A DNA stretch of 64,000 nt from Alphaproteobacteria bacterium (GTDB taxonomy: Bacteria > Pseudomonadota > Alphaproteobacteria > Sphingomonadales > Sphingomonadaceae), in the NCBI GenBank assembly GCA_030424845.1, contig JAUHWC010000003.1, positions 193,034 through 257,033 on the forward strand, read 5' to 3'. The translations under genes and the position numbers were made by a program. A model generated the notes under the pieces. That model was not told the origin of the DNA. It was given only the letters and a program-made list of their open reading frames with translations, and did no database searches. Shown piece after piece: positions 59,585-64,000 of this stretch (its first letter is position 1; each line of letters starts with the position of its first letter).

Positions 59585-59703
59585 TCGAACCTGCCGCGAG
59601 GGCCACTGAGCTCAGGCCTTCGCAATACAGTCATTCGCATCGGCCGTGGCGCTTTTCCAGCGCTGCGGCCTTTGCCGCCGAAACAAACCTTTAGGGGAAG
59701 TCC

Positions 59704-60759
59704 ATGTCCGTCAACATGAAGAACTGGCAGGAACTGAAGAAGCCCAACAGCCTCGAAATCAAGGAAGGTGGCGACAAGAAGCGCAAGGCCACTTTCGTCG
59801 CCGAACCGCTGGAGCGTGGCTATGGCCTGACGCTTGGCAATGCGCTGCGCCGCGTGCTCCTGTCCAGCCTTCAGGGTGCGGCCATCACCTCGATCAAGAT
59901 CGAGAACGTGCTGCATGAATTCTCGTCTCTCGCCGGCGTGCGCGAAGACGTGACCGATATCGTCCTCAACGTGAAGCAGATCGCGCTGAAGATGGAAGGC
60001 GAAGGCCCCAAGCGGCTGCAGCTTTCCGCAACCGGCCCGGCCGAAGTGACCGCCGGCGATATCGCCGTCACCGGTGACATAGAAGTGATGAACCCCGACC
60101 TGGTGCTGTGCCACCTGGACGAGGGCGCCACGCTGAACATGGAACTGACCGCTGACACCGGCAAGGGCTATGCCCCGGCAGTCGCCAACCGCCCGGCGGA
60201 TGCGCCGATCGGCCTGATCCCGGTGGACTCGCTCTACTCGCCGATCAAGCAGGTCAGCTACAAGGTCGAGAACGCGCGTGTCGGCCAGGAACTGGACTTC
60301 GACAAGCTGTCGCTGACCGTGGAAACCGATGGCACCGTCACCCCGGAAGATGCCGTGGCCTATGCTGCCCGCATCCTGCAGGACCAGTTGACGCTGTTCG
60401 TCCACTTCGAGGACGGCATCCCGCAGCCTTCCAGCGCCATGATCGGCGTTGCCGCAGAGCCGCAGGAAAGCGACACCAACCAGCTCAACCGTTACCTGCT
60501 CAAGAAGGTGGACGAGCTGGAACTGTCGGTGCGTTCGGCCAACTGCCTCAAGAACGACAACATCATCTACATCGGCGACCTGGTCCAGAAGACCGAAGCC
60601 GAGATGCTGCGCACGCCGAACTTCGGCCGCAAGTCGCTCAACGAGATCAAGGAAGTGCTGTCTTCCATGGGCCTGCGCCTCGGCATGGACATCCCCGGAT
60701 GGCCGCCTGAGAACATCGAGGAAATGGCCAAGAAGCTGGAGCAGGAACTGCTCGGCTGA
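59704..60759 (+). CDS. rpoA: DNA-directed RNA polymerase subunit alpha
   Basis: 351 aa. [37 protein letters not shown]-terminal domain [22 protein letters not shown]. Confidence 0.98.
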   Translation: MSVNMKNWQELKKPNSLEIKEGGDKKRKATFVAEPLERGYGLTLGNALRRVLLSSLQGAAITSIKIENVLHEFSSLAGVREDVTDIVLNVKQIALKMEGEGPKRLQLSATGPAEVTAGDIAVTGDIEVMNPDLVLCHLDEGATLNMELTADTGKGYAPAVANRPADAPIGLIPVDSLYSPIKQVSYKVENARVGQELDFDKLSLTVETDGTVTPEDAVAYAARILQDQLTLFVHFEDGIPQPSSAMIGVAAEPQESDTNQLNRYLLKKVDELELSVRSANCLKNDNIIYIGDLVQKTEAEMLRTPNFGRKSLNEIKEVLSSMGLRLGMDIPGWPPENIEEMAKKLEQELLG

Positions 60760-60910
60760 TTTCGTCGCACGGTCAGGACATCGGTCTTGGCCTTGCGGCA
60801 CCGAACCGGACCGCAAGGTTCATAGAATACGGGGCATGGGCCGGACCCCTTTTTCCGGCCTGCACTGGGCTACCTCGCACGGGCCCATTTCGAACTGAAG
60901 GAAGAATACA

Positions 60911-61327
60911 ATGCGTCATGGTATTTCCGGCCGCAAGCTCTCTCGCAAGAGCGGCCACCGCAAGGCTCTGTTCCGCAACATGGCTGCCGCGCTGATCAAG
61001 CACGAGCAGATCACCACCACCACGGCCAAGGCCAAGGAACTGCGCCCCTATGTCGAAAAGCTGATCACGCTGGCCAAGCGTGGCGGCCTTTCCAACCGCC
61101 GCCTGGCCCATGCCCGCCTGCTGGACGACACGCAGCTGAAGAAGCTGTTCGACGTTCTGGCAGAGCGCTACAAGGACCGTGACGGCGGCTACACCCGCAT
61201 CATCAAGGCCGGCTACCGTGCCAGCGACGCTGCCCCCATCGCCGTGATCGAACTGGTCGATCGTGACGAGGACGCCAAGGGCCAGGACAGCGGCCCGATG
61301 ATGACCGACGAATACGAAGACGCATAA
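60911..61327 (+). CDS. rplQ: 50S ribosomal protein L17
   Basis: [37 protein letters not shown]. Confidence 0.98.
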   Translation: MRHGISGRKLSRKSGHRKALFRNMAAALIKHEQITTTTAKAKELRPYVEKLITLAKRGGLSNRRLAHARLLDDTQLKKLFDVLAERYKDRDGGYTRIIKAGYRASDAAPIAVIELVDRDEDAKGQDSGPMMTDEYEDA

Positions 61328-61353
61328 GAACAAGCGTCATCGCAACAGAACAA

Positions 61354-61387
61354 GGGCCGGGGGCGATATGCCTGCCGGCCCTTTTCT
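61354..61387 (+). terminator. Intrinsic terminator after rplQ
   Basis: GGGCCGG-(14 nt)-CCGGCCC followed by TTTTCT. Confidence 0.8.
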
Positions 61388-61490
61388 ATGCCGCTGTTGT
61401 TCCTGCAAGCGGTTATTTTCATGAGCCTATTGGTAATCTCCGGCGATGTGATTACATCTGAAATCACAGTTCGTGAGGTCGCAACCCGCC

Positions 61491-63653
61491 ATGATTCATG
61501 CTTTGCGCAAGGCAGCCGCCATGCTGCTTGCCGCCATTCCCCTTGCTGCCCTTGGCAGCGCTGCTATCGCCCAGGACATGACCGCACCTGCATATCCCGA
61601 AACGCGCCGCGATGACGTGGTGGAGACCCTCTTTGGCGAGGAGATTGCCGATCCCTATCGCTGGCTGGAGGAGGATGTCCGCAATTCCGATGAGGTTGCC
61701 GATTGGGTCGAGCGACAGAATGCGGTAACGGATGCATACCTTGCAAAGCTGCCCGCGCGGGACTGGTTCAAGAAGCGGACCGGCGAGATCTTCGACTTTG
61801 CCCGCTATTCCACCCCGGCCCGATATGGTGGGCGCTATTTCTACACCTTCAACACCGGCCTGCAGAACCAGAGCCCGCTCTATGTCCGCGATGGCCTTGA
61901 AGGCGAGCAGCGCCTGCTGATCGATCCCAATGAATGGGCGGACGATGGCGCGACGGCGCTTTCCGACTGGTTGCCATCGCCCGACGGCAGCAAGCTGCTC
62001 TACAGCGTGCAGGACGGCGGGACGGACTGGCGTATCCTGCGGGTGCTGGATGTCGACACGGGAGAGACGCTGGCCGACGAGATCCGCTGGGCGAAGTTCA
62101 CCTCGCTGGCATGGGTGGGGGAGGAAGGTTTCCTCTATTCCCGCTTCCCGGAACCGGAGGAGGGCGAGGACTTCCAGGCGCTGAATTACAACCACGCCGT
62201 CTATTTCCATCGCCTCGGCACGCCGCAATCCGAAGATGAGCTGGTCTATGCGACGCCTGATGACCGGGAAGTGGGCCACAGCGCAGGTGTGACCAGCGAC
62301 GGGCGCTGGGCCATCGTCACCAGCCACAAGGGCACCGACGCGCGTTATGAAGTGCAAGCCATTGACCTCGATGCGCGTGATACGCTGGGCTGGCAGGCAC
62401 GGCCGCTCGTCACGGGCTTCGATGACAGCTGGAGCGCGGTGGACAGCGTGGGCGGCAAGCTGTGGTTCGTGACCAACAAGGACGCGCCGCTCTACCGCGT
62501 GTTGTCCATCGATCTTGACGCAGCATCGCCCGAATGGCGCGAGGTTGTGCCGCAGGCGGAGCAGCCCATCGACGGAGCCTCCATCGTCGGGGACAAGCTC
62601 GTGCTGTCCTACCTGCGCGATGCCAGCTCGAGGGTGGAGATATTCACGCTGGATGGTGACGATGCCGGACAGGTGGAACTGGGCGCAATCGGCACCGTGG
62701 GCGGCTTCTCGGGCGAACCGGGCAATCCGGAAACCTTCTACAGCTTCACCAGCTACAACCGCCCGCCGACCATCTATCTCCTCGACATGGCGACCGGTCA
62801 GCGCAGCATCTTTGCCGCGCCTGACCTGACCTTCGACCCCGACAATTTCGTGGTCGAACAGCGCTTTTATGCAAGCAGGGACGGCACGCGGGTGCCGATG
62901 TTCATCATGCGGCGCGCGGATATCGCGGCCAGCGGCCAAGCGGTGCCGACGCTGCTTTATGGTTATGGCGGCTTCGATGTTTCGCTCACGCCCGGCTTTT
63001 CCGCCAGCAGGCTGGCCTGGGTGGAGGCGGGCGGTGCCTATGTTGTCGCCAACATCCGTGGCGGCGGCGAATACGGCAAGGCGTGGCACGATGGCGGCCG
63101 TCTTGCCAACAAGCAGAATGTCTTTGACGATTTCATCGCGGCGGGAGAGTTCCTGATTGCCGAGGGCATCACGCCGCAAGACGGGCTTGCCATCCAGGGC
63201 GGTTCCAACGGCGGCTTGCTGGTGGGCGCGGTCGCCAACCAGCGGCCTGACCTGTTCGCGGCGGGCAATGCAGCCGTCGGCGTGATGGACATGCTGCGCT
63301 TCGATCGCTGGACTGCCGGGCGCTACTGGGTCGATGATTATGGCTATCCCGACCGGGAGGAGGATTTCCGCATCCTTCGCGCCTATTCCCCGCTGCACAA
63401 TATCCAGCGCGGGGCGGACTATCCCGCCTTGGTGGTGACAACGGCGGACACCGATGATCGCGTGGTTCCGGGCCACAGCTTCAAATACACGGCAGCCTTG
63501 CAGGAAGCCGGTTTGGGGGACCGCCCGCAGCTGATCCGCATCGAGACGCGGGCCGGGCATGGCTCCGGCAAACCCACCGACAAGGCGATCGCCGAGGCGG
63601 CGGATATCATGGCTTTCCTGGCCTATTGGACCGGGCTGGGCGAGCCGGAATAG
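61491..63653 (+). CDS. Prolyl oligopeptidase (S9A family), periplasmic
   Basis: Signal peptide MIHALRKAAAMLLAAIPLAALGSAAIAQD. DPYRWLEE motif, GGSNGGLLVG (catalytic Ser), and DDRVVPGHSFKY...GHG. The track starts at GTG 61473. Confidence 0.9.
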   Translation: MIHALRKAAAMLLAAIPLAALGSAAIAQDMTAPAYPETRRDDVVETLFGEEIADPYRWLEEDVRNSDEVADWVERQNAVTDAYLAKLPARDWFKKRTGEIFDFARYSTPARYGGRYFYTFNTGLQNQSPLYVRDGLEGEQRLLIDPNEWADDGATALSDWLPSPDGSKLLYSVQDGGTDWRILRVLDVDTGETLADEIRWAKFTSLAWVGEEGFLYSRFPEPEEGEDFQALNYNHAVYFHRLGTPQSEDELVYATPDDREVGHSAGVTSDGRWAIVTSHKGTDARYEVQAIDLDARDTLGWQARPLVTGFDDSWSAVDSVGGKLWFVTNKDAPLYRVLSIDLDAASPEWREVVPQAEQPIDGASIVGDKLVLSYLRDASSRVEIFTLDGDDAGQVELGAIGTVGGFSGEPGNPETFYSFTSYNRPPTIYLLDMATGQRSIFAAPDLTFDPDNFVVEQRFYASRDGTRVPMFIMRRADIAASGQAVPTLLYGYGGFDVSLTPGFSASRLAWVEAGGAYVVANIRGGGEYGKAWHDGGRLANKQNVFDDFIAAGEFLIAEGITPQDGLAIQGGSNGGLLVGAVANQRPDLFAAGNAAVGVMDMLRFDRWTAGRYWVDDYGYPDREEDFRILRAYSPLHNIQRGADYPALVVTTADTDDRVVPGHSFKYTAALQEAGLGDRPQLIRIETRAGHGSGKPTDKAIAEAADIMAFLAYWTGLGEPE

Positions 63654-63783
63654 TTGTTCAGCTAACTATCTAGTTTCCTGAACATTACCTAACGGCAGGG
63701 TTCAGCGAGACCTCACGGCGACTCGGGTAATCCTTCAGTCATCGGTGGCGATAGGGCCATCGCGGACAAGAAGGAGATGCCCC

Positions 63784-64000
63784 ATGAAGTCCATTACCAA
63801 AACCCTCGTCGGGACTGCTGCCGCAGGTGTGTTGGCAGTGGCCTCTGCAACTCCCGCCATGGCCAATGACCGCCACCGCGATCGCGGCATCGACGGGGGT
63901 GACATCCTCACCGGCGCCCTGATCATCGGCGGGATTGCCGCGATTGCCGCGATTGCCGATGATGATGATCGCGACCATCGCTATCGTGACCGTGATTACC
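63784..64000 (+). CDS. 5' fragment of a small secreted Asp/Arg/His-rich protein; 3' end lies outside the window
   Basis: AAGGAG sits 7 nt upstream of ATG 63784. Hand translation: MKSITKTLVGTAAAGVLAVASATPAMANDRHRDRGIDGGDILTGALIIGGIAAIAAIADDDDRDHRYRDRDY... It is open to the window end. Confidence 0.6.
   Translation, partial: MKSITKTLVGTAAAGVLAVASATPAMANDRHRDRGIDGGDILTGALIIGGIAAIAAIADDDDRDHRYRDRDY

Noticed and set aside
63679-63702. EcfG-type general-stress promoter (GGAAC-N16/17-CGTT) upstream of the Asp/Arg-rich secreted protein.
   Set aside because: The observed sequence is TGAAC-N16-GTT, which has mismatches in both boxes. That is too weak to call by eye.

Overview
High-GC alphaproteobacterial chromosome segment. 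Gene content and protein sequences look Sphingomonadales-like, but that is a guess, not a search result. All product calls come from motifs I recognise in the ORF-track translations. No database search was run.

Layout:
- 1-39.3 kb is a mixed housekeeping and accessory region. It holds class II DAHP synthase, a MASE1-GGDEF cyclase, and a sulfatase / TonB-receptor / LysR / MFS locus with two paralogous sulfatases. It also holds tRNA-Gln, a YghU-type GST, and a TetR-controlled quinone reductase unit with three TTGAC-N5-GTCAA operators. Further genes are ilvE, tlyA, tspO, recO-leuB, a GT2-GtrA/GT39 pair, metZ, apaG, and several secreted peptidase-like proteins.
- 41.4-61.3 kb is the complete str-S10-spc-alpha ribosomal protein supercluster: rpsL, rpsG, fusA, tuf, rpsJ through rplO, secY, adk, rpsM, rpsK, rpoA, rplQ.
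- A periplasmic prolyl oligopeptidase follows.

Most interesting item: an AT-shifted, tightly coupled minus-strand cassette at 39.4-41.0 kb, directly upstream of the rpsL promoter region. It encodes a membrane protein, then a CxxCxxCC (YkgJ-type) cysteine-cluster protein, then two unannotated paralogous mini-ORFs (36 and 28 codons, both MPG-x8-RLRDE), then a strong terminator. I cannot assign it to any described system.

Other notable signals:
- A terminator-like attenuator or small-RNA unit in the S10 leader.
- A 276-nt highly structured insertion between rpsJ and rplC.
- An 18-codon mini-ORF with a 15-nt perfect complement to the canonical 16S 3' tail, upstream of ilvE.
- A tandem pair of paralogous Cys-pair envelope proteins.

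Many long antisense ORFs in the track are high-GC artefacts and were not called.
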